A DNA stretch of 62,168 nt, counting the filler. It is 4 parts of 4 records of this genome, joined end to end, with 100 filler letters (N's around TTAATTAATTAA, not from the genome) between each part and the next. Parts side by side here need not be neighbours in the genome. Positions count along the whole stretch, not along the records: positions 32,180 to 43,514 come from SRR20825006_72; positions 43,615 to 62,168 come from SRR20825006_77; 2 more parts are not named here. One strand, given 5' to 3'. A program made the position numbers and the translations under genes. A model generated the notes under the pieces. That model had not been told where the DNA came from and made no database searches. It was given only the letters and a program-made list of their open reading frames with translations. Shown piece by piece: positions 39,088 to 49,904 of the stretch (position 1 is the stretch's first letter; the number at the start of each line of letters is the position of its first letter).

Positions 39088-39684
39088 CTATGCTTGAGCT
39101 AACATAGTCTTTAAACTATCAATATTTTTTGATTTTTGTACAGTAAAATTTCGTTGTGCAAATGGCGTATGAAATTTATGTCCTTCTAAGAATTTAATAT
39201 TTAAATCTGCCCACTCAACATCTGTAAACTTAATATTATTACAGGTTTCCCATTCAAATCTTAATTTTAAGTTTTTAGTAATAAAATTGGCTTTACCAAG
39301 ATGTGCCAAATCTGCATCACAAATTATTTGCTGTAATTTACTTACTGGTTGTTGTGGCATCTTTGTGGCTTTTATTGCACTTACCACATTTTTAATTCTA
39401 TGCTCAGGAAAATCTTCATTGGCTAGAAAAGATGCTGCAAACTCACAGCTAAAATGCTCGTGGTTACAAACGTCTTCAATATTTCCTGTATCGTGAAAGT
39501 AAGAAGCAATAATTAAGTCTTCTGCTTCAGTATCTTTTAAATTTTCAAAAGAAGATATTAACGCTGTTTGTATTGCTACATCTTCTGTGTGTTGCCAATT
39601 GTGAAATGGCAATTCTTTACACTTACTATTATCTATTAAAGATTTGCAGTAAGCTCTTACTTTGGAAATTAACTCTAAATTCAT
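39088..39684 (-). CDS. Stand-alone HD-domain phosphohydrolase
   Basis: FHNWQHT, YFHDTG, HE, ATKMPQ.P and CDADLAHLG motifs. Confidence 0.85.
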   Translation of the reverse strand: MNLELISKVRAYCKSLIDNSKCKELPFHNWQHTEDVAIQTALISSFENLKDTEAEDLIIASYFHDTGNIEDVCNHEHFSCEFAASFLANEDFPEHRIKNVVSAIKATKMPQQPVSKLQQIICDADLAHLGKANFITKNLKLRFEWETCNNIKFTDVEWADLNIKFLEGHKFHTPFAQRNFTVQKSKNIDSLKTMLAQA

Positions 39685-39750
39685 ACTCAAACATTAGTAA
39701 CTAATTAAGACACCTATTTATTGTTTGAATAAGTATAAATTTTGAAGTTT

Positions 39751-41019
39751 TTAAAGTTTATCCAGGATTTGTTCCAAAGCCATTCCTCGGGATCCTTTTA
39801 CAAGCAATGTTCCTGTTTTATATTTTGAAAAATCTTCGTTTTCCAATAGCTCTTTTGTTGAAGTATAATATGCTATACCTGGCGCATCAAAATTTAAATT
39901 GCTGAAATTTTCACCTACCAATAAAACACCATCTAAATGTATTGATGCTGCTAACTTAGCAATACTCATATGCTCTTTCTTAGCTGAAACACCCAACTCA
40001 AACATATCGCCTAGAATTGCATATTTAGGAGTGTCGTTTAATGCCTGAAGGTTTTCCAAAGCAACTTTCATACTACTAGGATTTGCGTTATAGGCATCTA
40101 ATAATATTGTCAAATTATCTTTTTTGATAATTTGAGATCTGTTGTTTGAAGGCACATAATTCTCAATAGCTTCAACTATATGCTTATCTGAAATTTTAAA
40201 ATATCTTCCTATTGCAACGGCAGCCGCAATATTATTTGAATTGTAAACTCCTATAAGGTTACTTTTTATAGTAAGGTTGTCTAAATTCATTTCAACCAAA
40301 GGATTCACATTTTTAAAGGACACCCAAACATCAGATTGTTTTAATCCAAAAGTAAAGGTTTTCATTCCTTTAGTTAAATCAATTTGCTTTGCATCATTAG
40401 AGTTAACAAAGACAAGTTTATCGTGGCTTTTTAAGTGCTTATATAATTCACTTTTACCAATAACTACACCTTCTTCACTACCAAATCCTTCTAAGTGAGC
40501 TTTTCCAAAATTAGTGATATAACCATAGTCTGGTTGTGCAATATTACAAAGCATCTCTATCTCACCAATATGATTTGCTCCTATCTCGACTATTCCTAAC
40601 TCTGTATCTTTAGACATAGAAAGCAATGTTAGCGGCACACCAATATGATTATTTAAATTTCCTACTGTGGCTACTGTTTTATAACCCTTAGTAAGTACAG
40701 CATTTATAAGTTCTTTTGTAGTGGTTTTTCCATTACTTCCTGTTAATGATATAATAGGTATTCCTAAGTAGTTTCTATGAAAAGAAGCTAATTCCTGTAG
40801 GGTTTGTAAGACATCATTCACCAAGATGTATCTATCATCTTTTTTAAATTGCTCTTCATCTATTACCACATAAGATGCACCTTGGTCAATAGCTAAATCT
40901 GCATAAGTATTACCGTTAAAGTTATCTCCTTTTAGGGCAAAGAATATATTATCCTTTTTAATCTTTCTGGTATCTGTACTTATACCTGTACTGTTTAAAA
41001 AATGGTGATGAAGTGTCAT
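39751..41019 (-). CDS. murF: UDP-MurNAc-tripeptide:D-Ala-D-Ala ligase
   Basis: TDTR, TGSNGKTTTKE, NLNNHIGVP, DAYNANP, GDMFELG and KGSRGM motifs. Confidence 0.96.
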   Translation of the reverse strand: MTLHHHFLNSTGISTDTRKIKKDNIFFALKGDNFNGNTYADLAIDQGASYVVIDEEQFKKDDRYILVNDVLQTLQELASFHRNYLGIPIISLTGSNGKTTTKELINAVLTKGYKTVATVGNLNNHIGVPLTLLSMSKDTELGIVEIGANHIGEIEMLCNIAQPDYGYITNFGKAHLEGFGSEEGVVIGKSELYKHLKSHDKLVFVNSNDAKQIDLTKGMKTFTFGLKQSDVWVSFKNVNPLVEMNLDNLTIKSNLIGVYNSNNIAAAVAIGRYFKISDKHIVEAIENYVPSNNRSQIIKKDNLTILLDAYNANPSSMKVALENLQALNDTPKYAILGDMFELGVSAKKEHMSIAKLAASIHLDGVLLVGENFSNLNFDAPGIAYYTSTKELLENEDFSKYKTGTLLVKGSRGMALEQILDKL

Positions 41020-41039
41020 TAAATTTGGAAATTGGGTAT

Positions 41040-41073
41040 AAAAAAAGTCCTAATGTAAACTTAGGACTTTTTT
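41040..41073 (-). terminator. Intrinsic terminator after gldJ
   Basis: AAAAAAGTCCTAA/TTAGGACTTTTTT stem. Confidence 0.8.
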
Positions 41074-41092
41074 AAATATGTGTTACTAAAAA

Positions 41093-42793
41093 TTAGTTTC
41101 TAGCGCGTTTTCCTTGTTTAGATTTAGAACCAACACGTGACATTGCATTTCTAAAACCAATGTAATCTGTTGCCATATCTTGAGGGAAATAACGACGGTT
41201 TGCAGGATCTAACCAATAAGCTCTATCTCTCCAGCTACCACCTTTATAAACACGTACTTGATCATTAACTAAAGTTGTTCTTTTAGATGACTCATCGTAT
41301 TCTCTTAATAAAGAACCAGAGCTATCTGCAGATACTTGGTGTGTTGGAGCGTTATACATACGCTTAGTATCAGAAACCTCTTCATCTCCAAAAGTTGTGT
41401 AATATCTTGTAGAGCGCTTATCTCCATCTCTAAAGTCACGGTTGTCACTTGTTGAGAATTGAGTTCTTAAGTAAGTTTCTTTTTCATCAACAGGTACGCT
41501 AACAATTTCTCCAGGTAAATCTCTAGCTATAATTTTACCGTTGCTTAAAGTATCATAAACAATATCTTCTGTAGTTACTAGCTTAACTGTACCATCTTCA
41601 TTAATATCGTTTTTAGTATAAACGTTACCACGATAGTAGTTAAAGTCGTTAAACTCATCATCTACAATAGGTCTGTAAACATCTGCTACCCATTCTGCAA
41701 CATTACCAGCCATATCATAAAGACCGTAATCGTTTGGCTCATAAGTTTTAATTTCTGCAGTGATATCTGCACCATCATCACTCCAACCAGCAATACCGCC
41801 ATAATCACCATCACCTTGCTTAAAGTTTGCTAATTGGTCTCCACGAGATCTGCGGTTTCCAGAACGTGTGTACTGGCCATCCCAAGGATATTTCTTACGT
41901 CCTCTGTAAACATTATAATCTCTAATTCCAACTAAACCAAGTGCTGCGTATTCCCACTCTGCCTCTGTTGGCAATCTGTATTCTGGTAATAAAAGACCAT
42001 CTTTACGTTGTACATAAAGATCTGTTGCTTCTCCACCACCAGTACCATCTTTATTGGTACGAGGTGTATTATTTTTTTCTAAACGCTCAGACATCTTACC
42101 ACCACGAGTAATCTCATCATTTCCACCGTAAGTAGATGTTGGAGAGTTTATGTAAGTCTCAGTGTCAAAAGTAGAACCTGCGTCTACATTATATTTTGCG
42201 CCTCTTTGCGTAAAGCCTTCTTCCTCAAGAATAGACTCGTTAACTCTATTTGTACGCCATTTACTAAATTCAACTGCCTGTATCCAGTTTACACCAACTA
42301 CTGGGTAAAATGCATATGCTGGGTGGCGTAGGTAGTTATTGGTCATTGTTTCATTATAACCTAAACGGTTTCTCCAAACTAAAGTATCTGGTAATGCACC
42401 ATTATATATGTTTCTGTAGCTTTCTTCAGTTGGAGGAAATACTTTTTTCAACCAATCTAAATACTCTAAATACATTGCATTGGTCACCTCGGTCTCATCC
42501 ATATAAAAAGACTGAACGTGTTGTTGGTTAGGAGTGTTATTCCAATCATGCATAACATCATCCTGTACCTGACCCATTGTAAAAGTACCACCTTCAACAA
42601 AAACTAATCCTGGACCTGTTTCTTGTTCTTGAAAATCTGTGTTTAATTGAAAACCACCATCTTTTCCGTTAACATTCCAGCCAGTAGCTCTTGAAGAATC
42701 TCTATATTCTCGCGAGTTGTTACAACTTACCAGACCAAGACATAATGTAATGGCAGCAAGCACTCTATAGGTTAATTTAATTTTCATACGCAT
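41093..42793 (-). CDS. gldJ: Gliding motility lipoprotein GldJ (FGE-sulfatase fold)
   Basis: Lipobox LVSC, GPGLVFVEGGTFTMG..QDDVMHDWNN, YRLPTEAEWEYAA and MAGNVAEW; porU-gldJ-murF synteny typical of Flavobacteriaceae. Confidence 0.9.
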   Translation of the reverse strand: MRMKIKLTYRVLAAITLCLGLVSCNNSREYRDSSRATGWNVNGKDGGFQLNTDFQEQETGPGLVFVEGGTFTMGQVQDDVMHDWNNTPNQQHVQSFYMDETEVTNAMYLEYLDWLKKVFPPTEESYRNIYNGALPDTLVWRNRLGYNETMTNNYLRHPAYAFYPVVGVNWIQAVEFSKWRTNRVNESILEEEGFTQRGAKYNVDAGSTFDTETYINSPTSTYGGNDEITRGGKMSERLEKNNTPRTNKDGTGGGEATDLYVQRKDGLLLPEYRLPTEAEWEYAALGLVGIRDYNVYRGRKKYPWDGQYTRSGNRRSRGDQLANFKQGDGDYGGIAGWSDDGADITAEIKTYEPNDYGLYDMAGNVAEWVADVYRPIVDDEFNDFNYYRGNVYTKNDINEDGTVKLVTTEDIVYDTLSNGKIIARDLPGEIVSVPVDEKETYLRTQFSTSDNRDFRDGDKRSTRYYTTFGDEEVSDTKRMYNAPTHQVSADSSGSLLREYDESSKRTTLVNDQVRVYKGGSWRDRAYWLDPANRRYFPQDMATDYIGFRNAMSRVGSKSKQGKRARN

Positions 42794-42990
42794 TATTAGG
42801 TTTATGAAATTTGGGTTTGCAATATAATAATTAACGCAAACTTTTCAAGATTATTTTACGTTAATTGAAGTACAAACATACATTATATTATTAGAAGAAC
42901 GAAAATAGGTTAAGATTCGTATAAATACTTAATTTTGTTTTTGTTGTCTTAACAAATACTACTCCATAAAAATTTGCGTTATTGTAGTCC

Positions 42991-43514
42991 ATGAAAATAT
43001 CTTTATTCTTTACTTTTTTATTATTTACTGTCGTTGTTACCGCACAATCTAAGCAGTTTTCTATTGTTTGGGAAGATGAAAAAGCTGTTGCAACCTCTAG
43101 ATCTTCATTTACAGTACCAGGTTTTGAAACCAAGAATTTTGAATTTGATGATGTTTTAAAAACAATACATTATAGCACACAATGGAAAGAATCTGGATAT
43201 ATTTCACAAAATTCTGTTTCCTTAAGTAATGTATCTTACCAAACTATTAATAAGACATTACTATCTAACCTAGATACTTCGAAAATACCAACTAACCACA
43301 ACCCTGAACTTAAAATTTCATACGCAAGAGGCATTGGTTATGCTACATTACGATTAAGCCCAATTATTAAAGACAAAAACACCTACAAGAGGCTTACTTC
43401 TTTTACGGTTAATTACACAAACAACCCATCACTTCAACGAGCAACTAATAACACACAGTCTCAAGCAGTAACAAATTCTGTATTAGCATCTGGAAATATT
43501 TATAAGTTTTATGT
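42991..43514 (+). CDS. porU: 5' part of the type IX secretion sortase PorU (cut by the contig end)
   Basis: Signal peptide and NSVLASG.IYKF motif; divergent from gldJ. Confidence 0.75.
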
Positions 43515-43614
43515 NNNNNNNNNNNNNNNNNNNNNNNNNNNNNNNNNNNNNNNNNNNNTTAATTAATTAANNNNNNNNNNNNNNNNNNNNNNNNNNNNNN
43601 NNNNNNNNNNNNNN
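43515..43614. other. Artificial contig spacer
   Basis: N44-TTAATTAATTAA-N44; base composition switches to GC-rich after it. Confidence 0.99.
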
Positions 43615-43879
43615 GGTAAAGCGCATAGGACTGGAACACCATCGCGATATCACGCTTTCTCGGCGGAGCATCGTTGATCCGGTTTCCGGCAATCCTGATT
43701 TCACCGTTGGAGATTTTCTCCAATCCCGCCAGAGACCGGAGAAGCGTCGACTTTCCACAACCTGACGGCCCGACAAGCGCGACGAACGCACCCTTTTCGA
43801 TCTCCAGGTTGATATTTTTAAGGGCATGGAAACGGCCATAATATTTTTCGACCGCGCTGAATTCAATCTGGGCTGTCAT
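43615..43879 (-). CDS. Sugar ABC transporter ATPase (MalK-like), 3'-truncated
   Basis: Walker [10 protein letters not shown] and [13 protein letters not shown]. Start ATG 43879. Confidence 0.92.
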
Positions 43880-44706
43880 TTCAAAGCTCCCGAGGTCAGG
43901 CCTGAGACAATCTTGCGCTGGAGAAGAACAAACACGGCAAGGATCGGCGTCACGTAGATCGACGAATACGCCATGATCTTGTCCCACTCGACCGTGTTCG
44001 GCCCCATGAAAGTGTTTAGTCCGACACTTGCCGGTTGATAGATGGCGTCGGCGATGAAGGTCTTGGAATAGACGAATTCACCGAAAGCCTGCATGTAAAT
44101 CAGGATCGCACTGACCAGAATGCCGTTTCGGGCAAGCGGCAGAACGATGTTGAAGAAGGCACCGATACGGGAGTTGCCATCCACGAGGGCAGCCTCTTCC
44201 AGTTCCATCGGAACGCTCATGAAGGTGGCGCGCACCAGCACAACGAAGAACGGCATACTTTTTGCGGTAATGCCGAGGATGGTGGCAAAGCGCGGATATT
44301 CCAGAATACCAAGCTGCGAAAATCCGACAAAGATAGGCGTGACCATCAGCGAAGGCGGCAGCACCTGAAGCATCAGGATCAGGAACAGTCCGATATCAAT
44401 CCAGATGCTGCGGTAGCGCGCCAGAACATAAGCACAGCCCGAACCCAGTACCGCAATCAGAATGACGGAACCTGTGGCGATATAAAACGAGTTCCACAGA
44501 TACCGTCCCATGCCACGGCTGTCCCAGACATCAACAAAGTTGGACCATTGCGCATGGGTGGGAATGAAGATCGGCGGCGACGCAAAAGCTTCCGACGAAG
44601 TTTTAATCGCCGTGACATACATCCAGTAAAGCGGAAACAGGTAGATGATCGCAAAGGCAATCGCGACAACAACGAGAATGGTGTTGCGTGTGGCGTAACG
44701 GGTCAT
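43876..44706 (-). CDS. Carbohydrate ABC permease (MalG-like)
   Basis: EAA motif [10 protein letters not shown] and C-terminal [15 protein letters not shown]. Confidence 0.92.
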   Translation of the reverse strand: MTRYATRNTILVVVAIAFAIIYLFPLYWMYVTAIKTSSEAFASPPIFIPTHAQWSNFVDVWDSRGMGRYLWNSFYIATGSVILIAVLGSGCAYVLARYRSIWIDIGLFLILMLQVLPPSLMVTPIFVGFSQLGILEYPRFATILGITAKSMPFFVVLVRATFMSVPMELEEAALVDGNSRIGAFFNIVLPLARNGILVSAILIYMQAFGEFVYSKTFIADAIYQPASVGLNTFMGPNTVEWDKIMAYSSIYVTPILAVFVLLQRKIVSGLTSGALK

Positions 44707-45605
44707 CCGCGAACCTCCCCACGGGTCGAGCGGACGTAATAGGCCGCAGCAACGATAACGACGGCGATCATCATGACCGAAACGGTCGCACCGCCTGCGA
44801 AGTCAAACTCCTGGAAGGACAATTGCCATGCCCAGTACTGGGCGACGTTCGATGCATTGTTCGGACCGCCATTGGTAATCGAGGCGAACAGATCAAACTG
44901 TTGCAGCGTGAAGATCAGGCCGAGCGACAGAAGCGCACCGATTGTGGCCCGCATCATCGGCAGTGTGATCGTCAAGAACCTGCGTAACGGCCCGGCGCCA
45001 TCAAGGGCAGCGGCCTCATAAAGATCCTGCGGTATGGCCGAAAGGCCGACCGAAAGCAGGATCATGTTGAACGAGGTGCCGAGCCAGATATTGGCAATAA
45101 CGACACTCCAGAGCGCGAAATCGGGGTTTGACCGCCAGAAAATCGGGGCGTCGATGATACCCATCTGTGTCAGGAAAAAATTGACAACACCGAAGTCACC
45201 CGACAACAGCCAGTTCCAGATAGCGCCGGCAACGAGACCGGGCATGACCCAGGAAACCAGGAACAGGCCGCGCAGATAGGTCGAACCGGGAAACTGCTGC
45301 TGGAAGAAAAGCGCCAGTCCAAGACCGAGAATGAACTGCCCGACAATGGAACCGACAACGAAGATCAGAGTATTGCCGAAGATCGGCCAGGTCTGCGGAT
45401 CGGAGAGTATCCGGCGATAGTTTTCAAACCCGACAAACGGGCGGATGAGTTGACCGAGGCTGAACATATCAACCTCCTGAAAACTCATCAGAACATTATA
45501 CAGGATCGCGGCGCCGGAGATCGCAATCAGAAAGGCAAGCGGTATGCCGATCAGAATGAGGTCGAATCCGCGCCCGTCCCATAATGTGGAAAGTCGGCTG
45601 CGCAT
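44703..45605 (-). CDS. Carbohydrate ABC permease (MalF-like)
   Basis: FVGFENY and DLYEAAALDGA motifs. Start ATG 45605 after AAGGAG. Confidence 0.92.
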   Translation of the reverse strand: MRSRLSTLWDGRGFDLILIGIPLAFLIAISGAAILYNVLMSFQEVDMFSLGQLIRPFVGFENYRRILSDPQTWPIFGNTLIFVVGSIVGQFILGLGLALFFQQQFPGSTYLRGLFLVSWVMPGLVAGAIWNWLLSGDFGVVNFFLTQMGIIDAPIFWRSNPDFALWSVVIANIWLGTSFNMILLSVGLSAIPQDLYEAAALDGAGPLRRFLTITLPMMRATIGALLSLGLIFTLQQFDLFASITNGGPNNASNVAQYWAWQLSFQEFDFAGGATVSVMMIAVVIVAAAYYVRSTRGEVRG

Positions 45606-45646
45606 GACATGAAACTCCTTGGGGCCGCCGGATAAGCTTCGCCCTT

Positions 45647-45671
45647 CCCGCACCCCGAAACGGGGTGCGGG
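45647..45671. repeat. Intercistronic GC-rich stem-loop after the binding-protein gene
   Basis: CCCGCACCCCG-AAA-CGGGGTGCGGG with no U-tract. Confidence 0.7.
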
Positions 45672-45702
45672 CGGACTTTGCGTGACGGTCACGCCTTGGG
45701 AT

Positions 45703-46929
45703 TTAGTTGGTGACTTTTTCGATCTTGGCCTGCGCGGCATCAAGTGCCTGCTGCGGTGTCTTGGAGCCGGTCAGGGCTGCCTGAAGTGCGTCCTGAATAG
45801 CCTTGGAAATGGCGGGCCATTCCGGTGACGGACCACGCGGCTGAGCATATTTCAGTTGCTCCTGGAACATGGCGAGTGCCTGATCCAGATCTTCATTGCC
45901 CGTTGACGGGATCTCGACATTTTCTTCAGGCGGCAACTGGCCGAAACGCTGGAACATTTCCGGGTCCTTCGACGCGATATATTCCAGCACCTTAAAGGTT
46001 TCTTCCGGATGCTTTGTCGATTTGAACATCACCCAGTTATAATCGCCCATGGCCGAAGAGCGCGGCGCTCCTTCTTCCGGAACCGGCATAAGGGCAACGT
46101 CCCAGTTGAAATCAGCTTCACGAACCATCCGATCCAGTTCCCAGGGTCCGGAAATCGCCATCGCAGCATTGCCATTGATGAAGGTCGATGTGGAATCCCA
46201 CTGGCTGCGACTGATCGTATCAGGCGACGCAAGCCCTTCATCCATAATTTTCTTCCAGAGCGTCAAAGCTTCGACGGCACCGGGCGTATTGACTTCATCC
46301 CAGCTACCGCCTGCCATCTGAATCCAGGGCAGGAACTGGAAGGTGCCTTCCTCATTCGCCTGAGCGGAGAACGCCAGACCATAAACGCCCTTGTCCTTGT
46401 CGGTCAGTGCCTTGGCGTCTTCGTAAAGCTCGTCCCAGGTTTTCGGCGGCTCATCAATGCCAGCGGCTTCAAGCATGTCGGCATTGTAGTAAAGCGCTAT
46501 CGTGTTGGTCGACTTCGGAACGCCGTAAAGCTTACCGTCCCATGTGGCGGACTCAACCGGACCGGGATAATAGTCGTCGATGTTGATGACGTCAGAATTT
46601 TCCACCATATCGGTGATATCCATCAGAGCGCCTTTGGATGCCATCATCGCGTTGAACGGCACATCAACGGCGTAAATATCCGGCGCCTTGCCAACGGCAT
46701 AAGCGCGCATGACATCGCTCAGAAGATCGGAAAACTGAAGTTGACGATACTCGACGTGGATCTCGTCCTGGCTGGCATTGAATTCATCAACAAGCTGCGG
46801 AGCAGGCTGATCAGGACGATCAACGGCCCAAAGCTGGATGGTAACAGGATCCTGGGCAAGCGCTGGCGCAGCAACAGACAGACTCACTGCAGCAACAGAA
46901 GCGCAGGCGATTGCGCGAAAATGTTTCAT
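45703..46929 (-). CDS. Sugar ABC substrate-binding protein
   Basis: Signal peptide, [20 protein letters not shown] and [14 protein letters not shown]. Start ATG 46929 after GGAGG. Confidence 0.92.
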   Translation of the reverse strand: MKHFRAIACASVAAVSLSVAAPALAQDPVTIQLWAVDRPDQPAPQLVDEFNASQDEIHVEYRQLQFSDLLSDVMRAYAVGKAPDIYAVDVPFNAMMASKGALMDITDMVENSDVINIDDYYPGPVESATWDGKLYGVPKSTNTIALYYNADMLEAAGIDEPPKTWDELYEDAKALTDKDKGVYGLAFSAQANEEGTFQFLPWIQMAGGSWDEVNTPGAVEALTLWKKIMDEGLASPDTISRSQWDSTSTFINGNAAMAISGPWELDRMVREADFNWDVALMPVPEEGAPRSSAMGDYNWVMFKSTKHPEETFKVLEYIASKDPEMFQRFGQLPPEENVEIPSTGNEDLDQALAMFQEQLKYAQPRGPSPEWPAISKAIQDALQAALTGSKTPQQALDAAQAKIEKVTN

Positions 46930-47081
46930 AGATAACCTCCCGAATAGGTCTTTTCTAAAAGAAAAGCTGCGATTTAGTACAGGTCTAGGCATTTACCGTC
47001 GGTTTCGGTCTATCTTTCCGCGGAACGATCAAGAACGGTATTTTCCGATGGAATCCGATGGAAAATGCTTAAAACAGGCAC

Positions 47082-47095
47082 CGTAAACGTTTACG
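47082..47095. promoter_or_regulatory. LacI-family operator
   Basis: Perfect palindrome CGTAAACGTTTACG with central CG, in the divergent lacI/binding-protein intergenic region. Confidence 0.75.
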
Positions 47096-47152
47096 ACAAT
47101 AGACCTGCCGAATGGGAAGTGTCAATAGAGGTACGTAAATCAGGGGGATTAT

Positions 47153-48190
47153 ATGAAAGGCATTCGCCAGCTCGCAGAACACCTGCAAATCTCGACGGGC
47201 ACAGTTTCGCGGGCGCTTAACGGCAAGGCCGATGTGAACGCGGAGACCCGTCGCCGCGTGCTGGAGGCCGCTGAAACGCTGGGCTATGTCCCCAATCAGG
47301 CTGGTCGTAGCCTGCGACAGGGTAAAAGCCGGACAATTGGCCTGATGCTGGGCCCGGACTCGGCTGTCGGCGGCAACAGCGACAACTTCTTCCCGCAGGT
47401 TATCAGCGGGCTACAGGAGGCACTCAGCCAGCATAATCTCGACCTCATCCTGCTTTTATGTCAGCGCGACGAAGCGCCGGATGCTTTTCTGCGCCGAATG
47501 GTCGCACAACGGATCGTCGACGCGATGGTGATTTCCTCGACCCGCACCGCAGATCCGCGCTTTCCGTTCCTGAACAAGGCTGGGATGCCGTTTGTCTCTC
47601 TTGGCCGCAGCCACTCGGCAACCCCGGACAACCGCTGGGTCGACCTTGACTTCGAGGGCATTGCAGAGCGCGCTGTTGAACGGCTCCATGATCAGGGTCA
47701 CCGGCGGATCGCAGTCGCAGCGCCGGACACAGATGTTCAACTGGCGGAGCTTTTCCTGCAAGGTTACCGGCGCGGCCTTGAAAAAAGCAACCTGCACTTC
47801 CAGCCGGAGCTTGTTTTCCGTGCCGAAGCGCATGAGCAGGGCGGCTATGAAGTGGGCCAGCGAATCATCGCCTTGAAAGACCGGCCAACGGCTATTCTTC
47901 TGAACGCCGAAATGATGTCGGTTGGTCTTTACCGCAGCCTCGGCGAGGCTGGCCTTCAACCGGGTCGCGATCTGGCCATCATCGCGGAACGCGAAAGTCC
48001 GGTCGGCCGCTTTTTGCTACCACGACTGACGTGTTTTCGTCTCGACCCAACGGCTGTCGGCAGGATGCTTGGCAAGATGCTGCTATCACGCCTTCCGGCC
48101 TTTGCTGATCTTTACAGCGATATACCGACGACGAAAATCTGGCCAATGGAGTTGGTCGAGGGTGAAAGCGACCCGCCACCGGTTGCGTGA
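47153..48190 (+). CDS. LacI-family regulator
   Basis: IRQLAEHLQISTGTVSRALN...LGYVPN..GRSL HTH plus a periplasmic-binding-fold domain. Confidence 0.94.
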   Translation: MKGIRQLAEHLQISTGTVSRALNGKADVNAETRRRVLEAAETLGYVPNQAGRSLRQGKSRTIGLMLGPDSAVGGNSDNFFPQVISGLQEALSQHNLDLILLLCQRDEAPDAFLRRMVAQRIVDAMVISSTRTADPRFPFLNKAGMPFVSLGRSHSATPDNRWVDLDFEGIAERAVERLHDQGHRRIAVAAPDTDVQLAELFLQGYRRGLEKSNLHFQPELVFRAEAHEQGGYEVGQRIIALKDRPTAILLNAEMMSVGLYRSLGEAGLQPGRDLAIIAERESPVGRFLLPRLTCFRLDPTAVGRMLGKMLLSRLPAFADLYSDIPTTKIWPMELVEGESDPPPVA

Positions 48191-48393
48191 AGCTCGCTTC
48201 CTGCAGCGGCTCATTTCCACCTGTCCGCTCCGAATGGACAACCTCCCGAAAGCTCACAACCAGAGCACCTGCCCGATCTCCGGCAAAATTCCGGCTATCC
48301 GTTGCACTTGCGCCACAGAACCGTAGCTAAACCAACATCTATTTCGCCATAGTTCGCTAAACTGACTGGACCTTCGTCCTATTCGAATATTAA

Positions 48394-48409
48394 GTTACCT
48401 AAACGTCAT
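48394..48409. promoter_or_regulatory. Candidate MerR/LiuR-type operator upstream of fadL
   Basis: GTTACCTAAACGTCAT resembles TTkACGTwwACGTmAA. Confidence 0.5.
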
Positions 48410-48482
48410 CTAAGTCTCTGATTGGGAGATGTGAGACTTTTGACGTTCTGTAACTGGCGTTTGTTGCAAGGAGGAGGACACA

Positions 48483-49784
48483 ATGCCATACCTTAACAGG
48501 ACGAGTCTGCTTTTACTGGCTTCTGCCGCTGCGACAGCGCTTACAGCCGGATCAGCCGCTGCTGGATCTTTCGCACTTCGTGAACAAAGTGCTGCCGGGC
48601 AAGGTCAGGCCTTCGCCGGTGCAGCGGCCGCTCAGGCAGGTCTCGGATCAATGTATTGGAATCCGGCCACGATGGCGGCTTTTGAAGGCTTTCAGGTCGA
48701 ATTCGGCCTTTCGGGCATATTCCCCTATTCCGATATTACGCCAACCACAGGCACGAGTCCGTTTCTTATCGGCGCAGGTGGCAGCGCTTCCACGGGAGAT
48801 ATCGCTCTTGATGCGGTCCTGCCGGTTGGTTACGCCAGTTACCAGCTGACAGATGACGTCTGGGTCGGTCTCGGGCTGAACACCCCTTTCGGTTTGGAAA
48901 CCAAAAATCCTGTCAACGCACCTGGCCAGATCTACGCCCGGACATCGGAGGTGCTCAGCTATGACATTACCCCGACCATTGCCTGGCAGGTTAATGACTG
49001 GCTGGCGATTGGTGCGGGTGTGGAAGCCATGTATTTCAAAACACGGTTGACGCAGGCCATGGGCATCCAGCCCAATGCCGCCAGTGCTGACCTTCAGGGC
49101 GATTCATGGGGTGTCGGCTTCACCCTCGGCTTTACGCTCACCCCGACGGACGGGACCGTGATCGGTGTTGGCTATCGTTCGCAGATCAAGCAGGATCTGA
49201 CCGGTGATATCAATTTCGGCGCACCGGTTACAACCGCCCTCGGAACGCTTCCGGCAGGAACCTATGACGTCAAATCAGACCTGACCCTGCCGGATCAGAT
49301 CACGGTCGGCATCAGCCAGGCGCTGACAAACGACCTGAAACTGAATGCTGGTTTCGAGTGGACCAACTGGAGCGTTTTCAATAATTTCCCGGTCGTCGGC
49401 ACATCCGGGCTGACAAACGGCGTTCAGATCACCGATCTTCCGTTCGAATACGACGATGGTTACTACCTTTCGCTCGGCATGGAGTATGACTGGAACCCGC
49501 AGTTCACCATTCGCGGCGGCCTTGGTTATGAATGGTCGCCTATCTCCACGAGCAACCGCGACCTCAGACTGCCAGACAGCGACCGGATTCATGCTTCAAT
49601 CGGCGGCAGCTATAACTGGAACGAAAACCTGTCGGTCGATTTTGCCTATGAGCATATTTTCACGACCGGAGACACCGATATCAAACTCGACAGCAACAAC
49701 CCGCATTATGCGGGATTGCCTTACTTCGGTGATGTGGATTCGCGTGTCGACATTGTTTCGGCCAGCCTGCGATACCGTTTCTGA
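48483..49784 (+). CDS. fadL: FadL/OmpP1 long-chain fatty acid outer-membrane transporter
   Basis: FALREQSA..QGQAFAG, YWNPATM, PFGL and RLPDSDR motifs; C-terminal YRF. Confidence 0.9.
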   Translation: MPYLNRTSLLLLASAAATALTAGSAAAGSFALREQSAAGQGQAFAGAAAAQAGLGSMYWNPATMAAFEGFQVEFGLSGIFPYSDITPTTGTSPFLIGAGGSASTGDIALDAVLPVGYASYQLTDDVWVGLGLNTPFGLETKNPVNAPGQIYARTSEVLSYDITPTIAWQVNDWLAIGAGVEAMYFKTRLTQAMGIQPNAASADLQGDSWGVGFTLGFTLTPTDGTVIGVGYRSQIKQDLTGDINFGAPVTTALGTLPAGTYDVKSDLTLPDQITVGISQALTNDLKLNAGFEWTNWSVFNNFPVVGTSGLTNGVQITDLPFEYDDGYYLSLGMEYDWNPQFTIRGGLGYEWSPISTSNRDLRLPDSDRIHASIGGSYNWNENLSVDFAYEHIFTTGDTDIKLDSNNPHYAGLPYFGDVDSRVDIVSASLRYRF

Positions 49785-49798
49785 GATATGACGAAAAT

Positions 49799-49825
49799 GC
49801 CCTGGAAGAAATTCCAGGGCTTTTC
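49799..49825 (+). terminator. Terminator after fadL
   Basis: GCCCTGGAA-GAAA-TTCCAGGGC-TTTT. Confidence 0.7.
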
Positions 49826-49904
49826 ATTCAACCAAACATGATCGTTTGAAGGACAGGAACACCGCGCCTGAAGGCACCCGGTATCCTTTCTGGGAGAAAA
49901 GAAC

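Noticed and set aside
41093..42793. Formylglycine-generating enzyme or GldK
   Set aside because: Length, lipobox, inserts and porU/murF synteny fit GldJ; no gldLMN follow.
18121..43570. Three copies of TTAATTAATTAA as a biological repeat or att site
   Set aside because: Each is centred in identical N padding and gives six-frame stops, so it is an assembly linker.
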